Source: Massalongia carnosa | Taxonomy: Eukaryota | Reading direction: 5' to 3' | Assembly (NCBI GenBank): GCA_965645245.1 | Contig: OZ287072.1 | Coordinates: forward strand, 1 to 64,000 | Length of the DNA: 64,000 nucleotides | Part shown: positions 50,741-63,130 of the stretch, piece by piece | Numbering within the stretch: the stretch's first letter is position 1 | Layout of the letters: every line of letters begins with the position of its first letter | The notes under the pieces: generated by a model | What the model was told of the DNA's origin: nothing | The model's input: only the letters and a program-made list of their open reading frames with translations | Database searches by the model: none | Translations under genes and position numbers: made by a program

Positions 50741-53683
50741 TCTCTCTTGCTTCGACTGACATTCGAACAACTTTCTCCGCCGTTCTGTACTCACCTCTAA
50801 GGAGTAAGTACCATCCTAAGTTTGAAGCAACCTGTGCCTGATTTGTCACGTCCACCTCATCTTCTGTTTCATGGCTAATAGCTTCTCTTGCGTGGGGAAG
50901 GAGTACTTGACAATCCACCCACGTCTTATAGTCTCCGCTAGGGAATGCTGCGGCTAGAACTCTTATCGACTCCTTTGTCCACTTGCTTAGCTGCTTGGCT
51001 GCCTCGAGCCACTTTCTCATGGATAGCTGCACTAGACGGTGCATCTCAAACGACTGCTTTCCGATCTCGGCCCGCACAAGTGAGAAGCTGAGCAACGGCG
51101 CCAGAGCGTCGTCAAAGTCGAGTCGACTGGTGCTGTTCCGCAGCAGGGCTATCGGAATTCCCTGCATATCGAACATGCTCATCAATGCAAGCAAATTTGC
51201 AGCTGGCTGCTCCGTCTTCTGGATCTGAGTGAACGAGATCTGCCACGTCGCGATAACCGCACGCCGTATGCTGTAGTCTCGCCGAAGGTCCTTTAGAACA
51301 TTCTTGCCTAGGAGACGCACCTGATTGGCCTCGCTCTCACGGAACAGTTCAAGGTAATCGGACATGGTAGTCGTGGATGCTCTTGTCTTGATGTACGCCG
51401 CAGCGTGGGTAATTGCAAGAGGTATGCGTTCTAGAGCCCGGACAAGCGCCTTCGCATCCGCTCTACAAGACTCGCTAAATGGTAGCCGTGTGTTGAGCAG
51501 CGCTAGAGCGTCCTCTTCATCCATTGGGTCCACCTGGATGACGCTACCATGCGGCTCAACGAGATTACTTGCCGCAATTCCGTTCCTTGAGGTGATGAGA
51601 ATCGTTCCGTTCGGCGTTTGGGGGATGAAGCTTTCAAGCGGCCTGGTGCGGCTGGGGATGGCACTCTTCTGCGCAATACCGACGCTATCTTCGTCGGCGG
51701 CAAAGAAAACCTCATCGTCGTCGGCATTGTCGATTACCATAAGCCATCGGCCGTTTCTCTCATCGCCGAGCCAGTCATATACGAGTTGGAGGATATCAGC
51801 ATTTGCGTCATCGCGGCTGGGGAGTTCGACCTTGGTAGCGATGTCTCTATAAGCTTGCTCAAATCTGTTGGTGTTGCTCGCATGCACCCAAAACACCCAG
51901 GTTTGCGGAGCCGACTCTCTGACCCTGTACGCATACTCGATAGCAATCTGGGACTTCCTAGTACGAACATGAGCATTACATCGCACCGCACAATGTATGG
52001 AAATGCATACCCTACGCCTCCTAGACCGATCAGGGCCACTCGACCGTGATCACGCAAGGCTGCTTGTTCAAGCTTCTTGCTTATTGTTGCAAGAATGCTC
52101 TCTCGGCCCACGAACGCGCTATCTCTCTGGAAGGGGACCGTGGAACAAGGCTTGGGTCTGTTTTGCGCTCGCACTAGAACTCGGCCGTTATTACCCAGAA
52201 GCAAGCATAAGGACGGTTAAACAAGGACTAATCTTGATGTGATCTAGCATAGAATAGAAGGCTACGTACAAAAACGAGCCGCAACCACACTCGGTGCGTC
52301 CTGCTCAAACTGTTTAAGCTTGTCCCGCGCACTGGTATACCCTCGATTATTCCTGTTATCAAACTTGACAATCATCGAGTGATCGGAGTCTAGAGGGATC
52401 TTTTCCTCCATAGAATCTGGCAGCTGAAGAAGGGCCGAGTCGATATCTACTGTCGTGATGAAGTCGCCAGTCCTTCTCCAGCATTTGCTTTCGCAGTCCT
52501 GTTGCCAAAATATCAGCGGTCTCCTATAATATTATCCTAGAGGATCATACAAACTCAAGCTGCCTAGTCTGCCCCGTCTCGTAGAAGCTTACCACCTTCC
52601 GGTCTCGGATGAGATTCTCGAAATCTGCTAGCTGAAACGCTAGCGAGTCAGACTTAGATCGGATCTGCTGAAGTAGTGCACTTCGCGGGTGATTGTCCTG
52701 CCCAGCCAGCATCTTCTGGATATCATCTACCACGAGCCCCTTGTGTGGAATCCCAAACAGAAGCATGCCGTACGTAGCTCTGTAGAGGGTTGCTATCGTT
52801 GGATGATCATCTTCGTTGGCCTGAACCGCCTTGACAAGGCACTATGCTGCTGCTTAGCCTTAGGCATATAGCTGTCACAGCGGACGACCTACGTGAGCAA
52901 GTATAATACCACCAAAGCTGTGCGCGATAAAGAAGAGCGGCCGCTGTCTCAGCTAGCGCATCGCAGTCATCAGCTTCATGCTTCCGCTCGCGAGGGCACA
53001 TTGTAACAGCCGCTTACCTCTTCAGTGTTCCGGACCTTCTTGAGCTCTTCTTCCAGCTCCCGGCCGTAGTCCATAATTGTGTCGATCCCATGGCTTGACA
53101 GCTTGGAGTTGTAGCCATAGATCATCGTGCGGCAGCATGGCAGGTCCTTGGACAGGAAGTGGTGCAGCCACATTCGCCCGAGGTTTCCCTTTCCCCTCCA
53201 TGACCCATATGCGTGTCCGTCAAGGCCGGTGATTGCAATTATACTGAGACGTGGTAGATTAGCAGTGAGCAGTAAGAAAGCAGTCAGGAATAACGGACAA
53301 AGGCTACACATTCAGAGAAGTGCTACGTACTCAGCGGCAACCGGCGCATCTGACTTTGGCGCGTACAGTTGAGTGAATCCGAAGAAGTGGCAGTCAAAGC
53401 TAATGTCCGTGTCCGCCATCTCAACCTGCCAGTCTCCCAGCGGGTTGGCTGTCAGCTCGGACAGAAATCTAGGAACCCCGCCGTGGAACTCCACCAGCGC
53501 GACCCTTTCCTGCCCATTTTCGTAGCAAGAGGGTACAATAGCTGCACTTATACATAACTTCGAGTGTTCTTCTTCCGACAGGTTGTTGTCGATGGCAGCC
53601 TTCAGCGTTATGTTCAGTTCGTCGTCAGACTGCGAGGCTGCGAGACCGGTGACGCGGAAAACGGTGCCCTTCTTCGTGGCCAT
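48744..53683 (-). CDS. Fungal NLR: SesB-like alpha/beta hydrolase - NB-ARC - TPR, 7 exons
   Basis: Exons approx. 53683-53331, 53243-53018, 52952-52893, 52841-52551, 52498-52270, 52173-52010, 51957-48744 with GT-AG introns; TGLDGHAYGSW and FIAHSFGG (hydrolase), GLGGVGKS (Walker A, intron-split), WLMVIDNADD (Walker B), MHRLVQ, 42-aa TPRs. Confidence 0.92.
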
Positions 53684-54089
53684 CCGGTTTAAGGCTTCAT
53701 CATCGAGCGCGGCTGTCACCAAGCGTCTTTGAGCGGCGGATCGATAGAGGGCCGGCTAGGGTCGGTTCAGCAGTGAAGCGCTGAACCGAGAGCGGCAACT
53801 CACCTCGCGATGGTCCCCTGCAGGGCTGAGCTGACAGCCCCTCCATAATTGCCACACCCAAATTAGTATGGCTTGGCCCCTCTCCCGGCACTATCACTTA
53901 AGCAACGTATGAATTTCAATTATTGCCCAGTCTTTGTATAATACAAGGAAGAATACAACCCAATTGACTAATTGCGCCATATTTTCCGTTTTACCTTTAT
54001 CCCCTTTGCCATCTTCTTAACTGTCCCTTGCTTCTAACCTATATGCTTAAATGCACCGTAGGTACGGCGGAATATAATTCTAACCCATA

Positions 54090-55960
54090 CAGAGGCGAAT
54101 CTCAAAAGTAATGATAATACGCTAAAGACTAGCGCCGTAATTTAGATTTTCCATACCGAGCCTGAAATTCTACCAACTATCTACAAATGCCATTACCAAC
54201 CATCTAATCAACGTCTTTTTGGTCTGAAACTGGCTGCAGTACGAATAACCTCCTGAATGCGTGGGGGAAGGTGATTTTTCGTAGATAAAACGGCTCTTTT
54301 TCTCAATAAGGGAGGTGTCAATGGCTTCTGTGTAGGGGGCTCAGGGGTAACTGCCCTGACATTCAACGGGCTGGGTGTATCATCATTTGATTGTCTGGAT
54401 GATGGTCTCGTTGACGCCACAGAAGAAGAAGAAAAAGAAGAAGAAGAAGCTGGTTTTGCTGTATTACTGAGCAATTCTTCCCTCAGCTGTTGAAGTCGCA
54501 TTTTTCCTTCTTTGGTCCGTCCATCAACGTCTAAACGTCCTTCGCAATACTCATTTCCACCTTCCAATTCAATGACTTTTGCAATGTGACGTGGAATTCT
54601 TTCAATCCATGCCTGAATATTCTCCTGAGGTAGATCGTCCCAAGTGCGATGCCACATAGATTTCAGCAATTAACCGAGAACTAGGAGGACCTTTGGCAGT
54701 TGTACGTCGCTTCATCCAAGGCCAGCAGGGTTCAATCATGTTGAGATCAGGAGAATTTCCGGGCCATAAAAGACGCTCGATACCATGACGGGAGAAGATG
54801 GGAATCTGATTCTTGGAAGCATGAGACGGAGCCTTATCTTCCTGTACGATCATTTCAGACAATCCGGCTTGTCTTTTTTTTGCATTGCATTGCTGAGCAA
54901 AAGGAATCAGATTTGGCAGAAGTATGACGTTTTGATACCGCCACCAATCAATGCCTTCTTCACCTTCTTTTCTGATCATCTTTCCATGTTCCTCATCCCA
55001 TTTCCATTGCGGCTTTTTTCCTGGTAAATTGCGAGTTGAAAGACGTCTCATTCCATTGGTCAGCTCCCAATTTAATCTCTCACTGGCTTCCAATGCAGCA
55101 TTCATCTCGTCAAGCTTGGTTTTGGCTTCCGCTTTTTCCGCTTTTGTCTCCGGTTTCCAGCAATGACATGGCCCCTTCCAATCGTAGAAAAAGCATCCCC
55201 AAAACATGAATTCATGAGCCCCATGCCACCTGGCACGTACGGTGGATTTGACTGGTCTTCTTCCTTCCTTGGTTGTACGCCAAATTTTGACAGCTCCGCG
55301 ACGGTGACCAAGCACTATTGCTGTTTCATCTGACCAAATAACCCGCTTCCAATCCTCCACGGTCCAGTCTTTATACAGGAGACAAAAAGCCAGTCTAGCC
55401 GCTTTCATTTCAGGAGTAAGCCCTGGTCTATACGACGGTTTGACTTTTTTATAGCCTCTTTGTTTCAGGATTCTCCACACGGTGCATCTGGACAGTCCAA
55501 CTTCTCTTGCCAACTGGGCACTGGTTTTTTCACGGGCGTATCTGTCTTTTATGACTAGATCAATGACTTCATCTTCTTTCTCAGTAGTAGCCTTTCTCGG
55601 TCGACCAGATTTTCTTCATGACGGGCGTATTTATCAAGCACCTGCAAAGAAATGGCGGGATCAAATCCTCGATCCCTGGCAATGCGACGAATACGATAAA
55701 TGTTGGGGACAGAATAACCTGTAGTAGCTGCAATAAATTCAATTGAGGCCGGGGTGCAATAAGACAACGTCAAGACCTGAGCCCGCAAAGAAATATCAGC
55801 TGATTTATTGACCATGATGATGATTTGATCGAATGTTGGTTCGTAAATGATTTGGGATGAGAAAAGGGGAAAGAAAATGGGAAAATTTGCTCGTTACGCA
55901 AAATTTAAATTACGGCACTAGCTTTTAGCGTATTATCATTACTTTTGAGATTCACCTCTG
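54090..55960 (-). mobile_element. Tc1/mariner DNA transposon, frameshifted transposase
   Basis: TIRs CAGAGG.GAATCTCAAAAGTAATGATAATACGCTAAA, TA TSD; WSDET, QEDKAPSH, SPDLNMIE; ORF pieces 55555-55815, 54602-55513, 54208-54669. Confidence 0.94.
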
Positions 55961-56062
55961 TATGCTTAATTGAAATGGGGATATTCAATAAAACTCTTAG
56001 TGATCAGATTTACTTAAGCGGCGTACTTGTCATCTGAGGGGGTCCCATTCAATTAATTTCTA

Positions 56063-56582
56063 CACTACTAGATCCGTGTCATATTACCTAACATTACAGC
56101 ACGGGTTTACCCAACTTTAATTTTAACGTCCAATATTACCCAACGTTACAGCACCGTCGCCTTGGGTAATGATGTGGGTAATGGTTACCCAACTTTAGGT
56201 TTAACATCCGATATTACCAAACGTTACAGCACCGTCACCTTGGGTAATTACCCAGCTTTGAGTTTAACGTACCCGAGCCAGCTTATCTCCCCGTTCAGTG
56301 CCTCGTCCGATCATCATTCTCTGTCTACGCGTTGCTTTTTGTTAATCAAGTCATTGCTTCTTATCAAGCTTATATCTTCTAATATTCTAATACAGAGGAA
56401 GGAACAAAGAGGCAAATTAATATACATGATGATTTATCCAGTCTGGATCTGTTTTAAGATGTATGGATTTAGCATCTAAGATCTACCTGTATCATGATCC
56501 CATACTTCTCCTGCAATATCTTCTCTTTCCAATCGATAGGCAGATAGCGTTAACTTGGCTTTTCATCGGATACTACACATGT
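56063..56582 (+). mobile_element. CACTA-like element terminus with subterminal repeats
   Basis: Starts CACTACTAG; attaccc/gggtaat motifs in both orientations and three aac.ttacagcac copies at 56080-56270. Confidence 0.5.
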
Positions 56583-56967
56583 TGTTGAGGTACACACGGA
56601 GATAAAGCGATTAGGAGATATCGCAGTTAGCATTAACTTAGTAGCTTATCAAGCAAATGAAGCATTGCGCTTTCGTCACCGGTCGTCATGACTCGTTTAG
56701 GACTAGCGTAGCAGTATATAGACGAGCTCAGCTCAGTTCAAATCAAACATCCTTTTTACACCCCAACAAATGGTAGCACTTGATCTGCTTCTTTCGCTTC
56801 TGCCTGACACCATAGACTGTTAGACATAGCACCAGAAGAGAGCTCATCAGCCTCTCACCAAGCCCTCCGAAGAAACCAAGTTCCATCTAGGTTTATAAAC
56901 CAAAACCAAGTTCTATCTCGGTTTAGACTCAAAGCTGAGTCCAGCTCACTCTCCCACAACTCTCACC

Positions 56968-59270
56968 GTGGCTTCTCAACCCCCAGCTCTTGCTTCCTCT
57001 CATCCTACACCAATCTTGCATCGTAGCACAATCCTGGTGGCCTTCCAGCTTCTAGAATTCATCAAAACCGGTCACAGATACGCCGATCTCATCAGTAAAG
57101 AAATCAGGCAGGTAGCCTCCGCTGTAGTTGCAACCAACACTAGACCAACTGAAGGTCAACTTATCACTATCCAAACGTCATTAAGGCCAGGTCCATCCAC
57201 AAGATCCTCTGCAGAACCCGTAGCGTTTGACTATAGATGGGCCACAGACAAAGGCGATCTTAGAGTAGCTCTACAGGTTTTCTATAAGGACACGGCAGAA
57301 TTTCGAGGTTCATCTTACTACTATAGCTTCTTAATATTCAGGGAACCATCAAATTCCTCCGGAACTCCCACTCCCGAAAGACCAAGTGTTGACCTTTTGC
57401 AGAACACCTCGATACCTGATCAGCCTGATCAAAATCCGGCTTCTACTACTAGAGCTACAACAAGGGAGACATCGGCCGACGAAGTAATATTCAACAGTCC
57501 AATTGGGCCGCAGGACCAACCACACGCGGTCCCTCCCAAATTTGCCCCAGGTACTCTTAGGCTTAAGCCATCCTCTTTACATCCAAGCATGGCCTCATCG
57601 TCAGCCCAACCTACTATTGATCCGACAATTCAAGCCATGATCGACGCCGCGATAACATCCGCATTCAGACGTCTTGAACAAAATCAGTCCGCAGTATCGG
57701 GACCCCCAGGACCACCCGGGCCGCCAGGACCCCCAGGTGATCGAGGGGAACCAGGCCTAGGATCTAATAGCACATCAGGCGGTCGTTGGAATGCAGGTGA
57801 GATAGGTTTCTTTGACCCCCACTTCGAGGGCAAGAGCTTGTCCACCGGTCCCTCAATCGAACATTCGGGCAAAGACACATATTACAGGGACGTACACGTC
57901 TTTTGTGAGAGGATAAAAGATATGGCAATCATACTAGGAGGCGAGCAGGTACGAAACAACCTTGCCACTTGCCTTAGAGGGACAGCCCTTAGCTGGTACA
58001 CATCGGAGCTTGTGGATGGAGAGAAACGACTATTGAAATATGGCAAGGACGTTGACGAGTGGATCACAGCATTGACATCCCGGTTTAAAGAAAGCCCTGG
58101 GATCGCTATGAAGACCATCATGAGAGAAAAGTACACAATGGAAGATGCTCGAAGGCATAAGGAACCCAGAGAATATGCCCAAGTCATCCTGCGTGCGGCC
58201 AAATCAGCCAGTATGACAGAAGTTTATAATCAGCTCTTTTTGATTTACAATGGCCTCGATGTGGAATTTCAGAGAGATATGACGACTCCAACACCCACCA
58301 CCAACCTTAGTGGATTCCTACAGGAATTAGACTCTCATAAGGAGATCTGGTGGGCCTTGGGTGCCAGGTCTGGATATGGCAACAGCTCTAAGCAGCCGTC
58401 ACGAAACTATCGCTCCACAGGTCAGTATAGATCCAACTACAATTCCAATTCCAATTCTGGACCCTCCAACAGACAGGAATATTTCCAACCGGGGCTTCAA
58501 CCTGTCATCGGCAAACCTCAGTTCAATGCTTATTCTGAACAGTATTCCAACAACATGGCCACTGGCTACAATCAAGTCTCAAACGACGCGCGTGCCCTGA
58601 ATGCTCCACCCTCTCAGAAGATGATCACGCAAGGCCAATCCAATTCAGGAAACGGGTCCGCTTCTCGCGCAAATCAGCAATTCAGACAACCTCTCCGCAA
58701 CATCTTTCCTAATAACAAAGGCAGCTTCAAACCACAAAAAGCCTATCACACAACCACGGACGACAACTCGAAAGACGTGAATTTCAGTACTGACGAAGGA
58801 TACTGGGAAGACGATCGATACTACGATGAACAGCAGGAGAATACATCAGACCACCCAGATGAGCCGGATTCGGCCGACGTAAATTTCGTAGAACCCGAAA
58901 TAACTTACACATGTAAAAGATGCAATTCGTCGTTCTATTCTAACAACAAGCTTCATAGACACCTTCGAGGATGCCAAGCGGTTCAGAAGACATCGGTTAT
59001 TGTCCACTTTGTTGACTGCAGTAAACACGATGATGTATCAGCGAAAGTAATTCGCTCCAAAGCAAAATCAGGTACAAACGACGGATTTAGCTTCAGGTCC
59101 TGGCACTATGCTAAGATTCTCGCCTCACTCTCATTTAAAGGAAAACCAGATGAGATATGTCTAGATACAGGAACTAGCATGTCTGCAATTGATCGTGGAT
59201 TCTTGCTGGAAAGAGTTGCAGAGGCGAAGATAATGAAAACAGCCGTTCCAGTCACCCTTCGAGGCATTGG
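56968..59270 (+). CDS. Gag-protease of element H with collagen-like repeat and C2H2 finger (interrupted)
   Basis: GPPGPPGPPGPPGDRGEPG, CKRCNSSFYSNNKLHRH, ICLDTGTS; first ATG at ~57589. Confidence 0.8.
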
Positions 59271-59694
59271 CTAGTTCGGCTATGCTGAGAGCTAGTGCGT
59301 CGTTAATCGAGACAGCTCCCGCTTTGATTTCGGCACCGCATGGATCTCTCGGACGGCATAGATGTCTCAGCACCATAAGGATGTCTCAGCACGGCATAGA
59401 GATCTTAGCACCGCATCGATCCTTCGGACGACAGTTAGGTTTCGGATTTGTGTATGCCTTGCTATGGGCCGCGTTGATGGGGCATACTGGGATGGTAGAG
59501 TAGGACAAGGAGAATAGGAAGAAGATATATAAAGAGGAGGTCCCAGACGGTATCCCTCATCATCTCACATCTCAAGACAATCAAAAAGCATAGCATTTTG
59601 ATAGCACTGTTTGCAACGTTTTCCTTTCACCCAATTCAAATTTATACAACCACTACACTTAAATTTACTCTATTCAAATCCCTCTCCTCCAAAA

Positions 59695-60849
59695 ATGGCC
59701 ACCCGCATCTCCAACAGAATCACCAAGCCTACCTCCCGCACACAAGGCAGCACTCTAGCCCGTACTAGAACTAGAGCTAGGGCAAATCTAGCCAACTCCA
59801 ACCCAGACGTCGAAGTACCCGACTCACAAGACAGCACGGCAACCCTTCAAAGCCATCCTCAACCTTCTCCTCTTCCATCTTCAGCGTTTAATTCCTCCTC
59901 ACAAGGGCCTGTTATACCGGAAACCCGTTCTCGCACCCCTGATGACATTATTGAACTTAGAGCACAACGCGAAATGTCCCGCAGGGAAGCCGAGGAAAGA
60001 GAAAGAGTAAGTCTTAGGCGGGATATCGAAACCCAACAAGCACGTGCCCGAGACGTGGTCCCTGGGCCAGTAGCCTCAGCTCAACAGCCTTCCCTATTAT
60101 TTCCGACATCATTTCCACCGCATCGACCAAACTCATTGTATACAGAAGGTATGGATCCTCGTTTTGTTTCTCTTATGAACGAATATCCCACTATCAAGCC
60201 CATATGGATAAAGCAAATCTCCGAGAATACGTTTGACCCAATCAACATTACCAAGCTATGTACCGACATCGACGGAGTTCAAACCAACTCTAGATACGTC
60301 AAACTCGGAGAAGGTCTGGAAATCGCCACGAGAGAAGAAGATGGCTCCTTAAAAGATATCAAAGGGATAGTTCATTTGATACGATGTCTCGGGGTATATT
60401 GGATGATACTACTACACTTTGCACACCCCGGTCTCCAGATAAACCTGATGAGAGCCTTCATGGCTTATCAGGACCATCTTCTATCATTATACGCCTTCTA
60501 CACCTGGGACTCGGTTCGCATCTTTCATTTGAATTTCCACAAATCTCGAGCCTTTCGCGGGATTGACAACCCGGATGGATGGAAAGAAATGGACCATTCC
60601 TTGGAAAGGCATCTTGTGCGGAAACCGTCCGCTTACTTTGCAAAACCGGACGATAATTCTACGGCTTTCAAAACCTCAGGCGAAAAGATTATCTGTAAGA
60701 AATACAACTATGGCAAAGACTGTCCCGTATATTGTAGATTCTAACATGTGTGTGAGAAATGTGGAAAGCAACATCGGGCGATGGACTGTACAAATGGAAA
60801 AAATCAACCCTCTAACCCAAATTCGATGCCTCTCCCATCAAGGCAATGA
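59695..60849 (+). CDS. Gag-like ORF1 of the YR element (internal TAA at 60742)
   Basis: MATRISNR... to CKKYNYGKDC..CRF*HVCEKCGKQH...C zinc fingers, ending in TGA at 60847-60849. Confidence 0.75.
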
Positions 60850-62466
60850 CTAACCGCCCCATTCTTATCCATCGCGGAGTCCTTTCCATACACCTTGACG
60901 GACAATCTAACAAAGATCCCACCGGGCCCATTGAAGAAAGAAGGCTGGGAGAAACATTTGGCCAATCACCCGGATCGCACTTACACACAAACAATTATCG
61001 ATATCATCACCTACGGTGCCAAAGTTGGTTATACAGGACCACATCAACTCATTATTAGCGATAATCTTGCCTCTGCAAATGAGGCACCGGAAGTTCTTAC
61101 CAATGACCTCGAAGAACAAATAGCTAGTAATCGGTTGGAGAAAGTCAACAACATTCCTTCTTGCTTTATATGTTCCCCATTAGGCCTTGTACCAAAGGCT
61201 AACGGTGGTTGGCGGCGAATCCATCATCTATCGTATCCGGAGAGTAGCTCAGTCAACGACCACATACCGGAAGACTGGGGCTCCCTGGAATATACCAGCT
61301 TCGACGAAGCCATTAGGTTGATTGAGCAACGCGGGCCAGGGTGTATTCTTATTAAAAGAGACTTTGCGGACGCTTTTCGCCACATACCAGTAGCAAAAAG
61401 CGATTGGTGGTTACTAGGTTTCAAGTGGCAGGATTCCTTTTGGATGGATAAATACTTACCCTTTGGGCTGAGAACGTCGCCGTTCCTTTTTGATCTGTTC
61501 GCGAAGGGTATCAACTGGATATTGTACAACTGTGGTTGGAAAGACGCTATTCATTACTTGGATGATTTTTTAATAATAGTCAGCACCGGACCAGATGCTG
61601 AAAAGTTTGATCAAGTTTTCCACAACATTTGTAAAGATCTTGGCATGAAAATCAAGCTCGAAAAGAACAGAACTGGAACGACTTGCGATTTCCTCGGCAT
61701 TGAAATCGATACCGCGCTCATGGAAGCAAGCTTGCCTTCCGAAAAGTTACTAAAAGCAAAGACCCTAGTATCGGCAGCTTTGAATAAAAAAGCCATACCC
61801 AGGAAGGAACTCGACTCTCTTCTAGGATTCTTATGCTTTGCAGCCAGAGTGGTAAAACCAGGAAGAGCCTTTCTACGCCGTCTTTTCAATGCTACGGCAA
61901 GCGTAACCTCTAAACTAATCCATCTTAACAAGGACATGAGGGCTGATCTTCTATGGTGGCATCATTTCCTACCTAAATGGAATGGCATACATCTGCTCAA
62001 CCGTACTAGACATACTATGAGAATATGGACAGATGCGTCCGGCTCATATGGTATGGGCGGCTTTATCCTCAGCGAGGATCAAAATTTGCATAATATACAA
62101 GCAGCCCGGCAGGCTTTTAGCACACGCTTTACTACGCGCCTTAGGGCAAAGCATATCAACGTCAAAGAAATGACAGCAATTCTTCAAGCTATGAAAAAGT
62201 GGCTACCTATATGCAAGGGTAGTCATTTAATCCTCTATTGTGATAGCTACGCTGTCACGAAAGGAGTGAATAAAACCTCTATACGAGGCCAAGCAATGCA
62301 TGCCCTGCGGGCAATTACAATGCTAGCTGCATTACATGATATCCAGATAGAAGCGCGATGGATATCATCCAAAGAAACTTATATTGCTGATCTCTTGTCT
62401 AGAGGACTTTTGAAGAAACTGGCTGACAAAATCCCTCAGTTTCAGGCTCTACCCTCAGCAATATAG
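60850..62466 (+). CDS. RT/RNase H of the YR element
   Basis: SPLGLVPK, WRRIHHLS, DFADAFRHIP, LPFGLRTSP, HYLDDF, WTDASG, INVKEM, IADLLSR. Confidence 0.92.
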   Translation, partial: LTAPFLSIAESFPYTLTDNLTKIPPGPLKKEGWEKHLANHPDRTYTQTIIDIITYGAKVGYTGPHQLIISDNLASANEAPEVLTNDLEEQIASNRLEKVNNIPSCFICSPLGLVPKANGGWRRIHHLSYPESSSVNDHIPEDWGSLEYTSFDEAIRLIEQRGPGCILIKRDFADAFRHIPVAKSDWWLLGFKWQDSFWMDKYLPFGLRTSPFLFDLFAKGINWILYNCGWKDAIHYLDDFLIIVSTGPDAEKFDQVFHNICKDLGMKIKLEKNRTGTTCDFLGIEIDTALMEASLPSEKLLKAKTLVSAALNKKAIPRKELDSLLGFLCFAARVVKPGRAFLRRLFNATASVTSKLIHLNKDMRADLLWWHHFLPKWNGIHLLNRTRHTMRIWTDASGSYGMGGFILSEDQNLHNIQAARQAFSTRFTTRLRAKHINVKEMTAILQAMKKWLPICKGSHLILYCDSYAVTKGVNKTSIRGQAMHALRAITMLAALHDIQIEARWISSKETYIADLLSRGLLKKLADKIPQFQALPSAI

Positions 62467-63130
62467 GACGCGATCCACCCCCATCTTGGTACAGTGAGGT
62501 ACCTCTAGACGAAATCGCAGCACGATACCTCTGGTGGGGCCTGGCCACTAAGACAAGATCTTTATACACAACGGCAAGAAAGGGATACGTTCTTTACTGT
62601 AGGGTAAACCTCAACGCGCCACCATTTCCAGCCAACATCCGGACGCTGTCTTCGTGGATCGCAGCGTTGGGTGAACGACGCCTGCAACCAAAAACTATTA
62701 AGAGCTACTTGACGGGCATAAGATCATGCCAGATAGATATGGGCCTCGGTAATCTCGACGTATTTCATCACCCGGTGTTAGATCGCATCCTTACTGGCAT
62801 AAAGCGAAAGAACGGTGAAGCCGAGAAACGTGAAAGGTTACCAATTACTAGAGAGATCTTAATCAAATTGCTAAGTCGTCTTGATCAAACGAAAGAGAAA
62901 GGCGCAAATTTACATGCGGCGTACTGCTTAGCGTTTGCAGGCTTCTTACGAGCCGGAGAATTTACTTACACAACGCAAGATGTACTAGACCCAAGCTTTG
63001 ATCAATGGCACCTCACCAGAAAATCTATTAGGTTCGAAGCAGATCACCTACAGCTCTCTCTACCAGTCTCCAAAACCGATCCCTTTCGCCGAGGCATAAC
63101 ACTGACAATTGCGGCTACCAACGATGTTGC
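62427..63130 (+). pseudogene. Tyrosine recombinase, C-terminally truncated
   Basis: TIKSYLTGIRS, RLPIT, AFAGFLRAGEFT, SKTDPFRRG; stops at repeat A2 before the HxxR and catalytic Tyr region. Confidence 0.85.

Noticed and set aside
48675..50841. Long overlapping ORFs on other frames and strand (688, 492, 348, 330 aa)
   Set aside because: Shadows of a stop-poor 126-bp repeat; only the TPR frame links to NB-ARC
53683..54089. Amyloid signalling motif or adjacent effector gene for the NLR
   Set aside because: None seen; the effector domain is fused in cis and the flank leads into a Tc1 element
62427..63130. YR as a Starship captain or Crypton
   Set aside because: It follows gag and RT/RNase H between direct repeats, which is DIRS/Ngaro architecture
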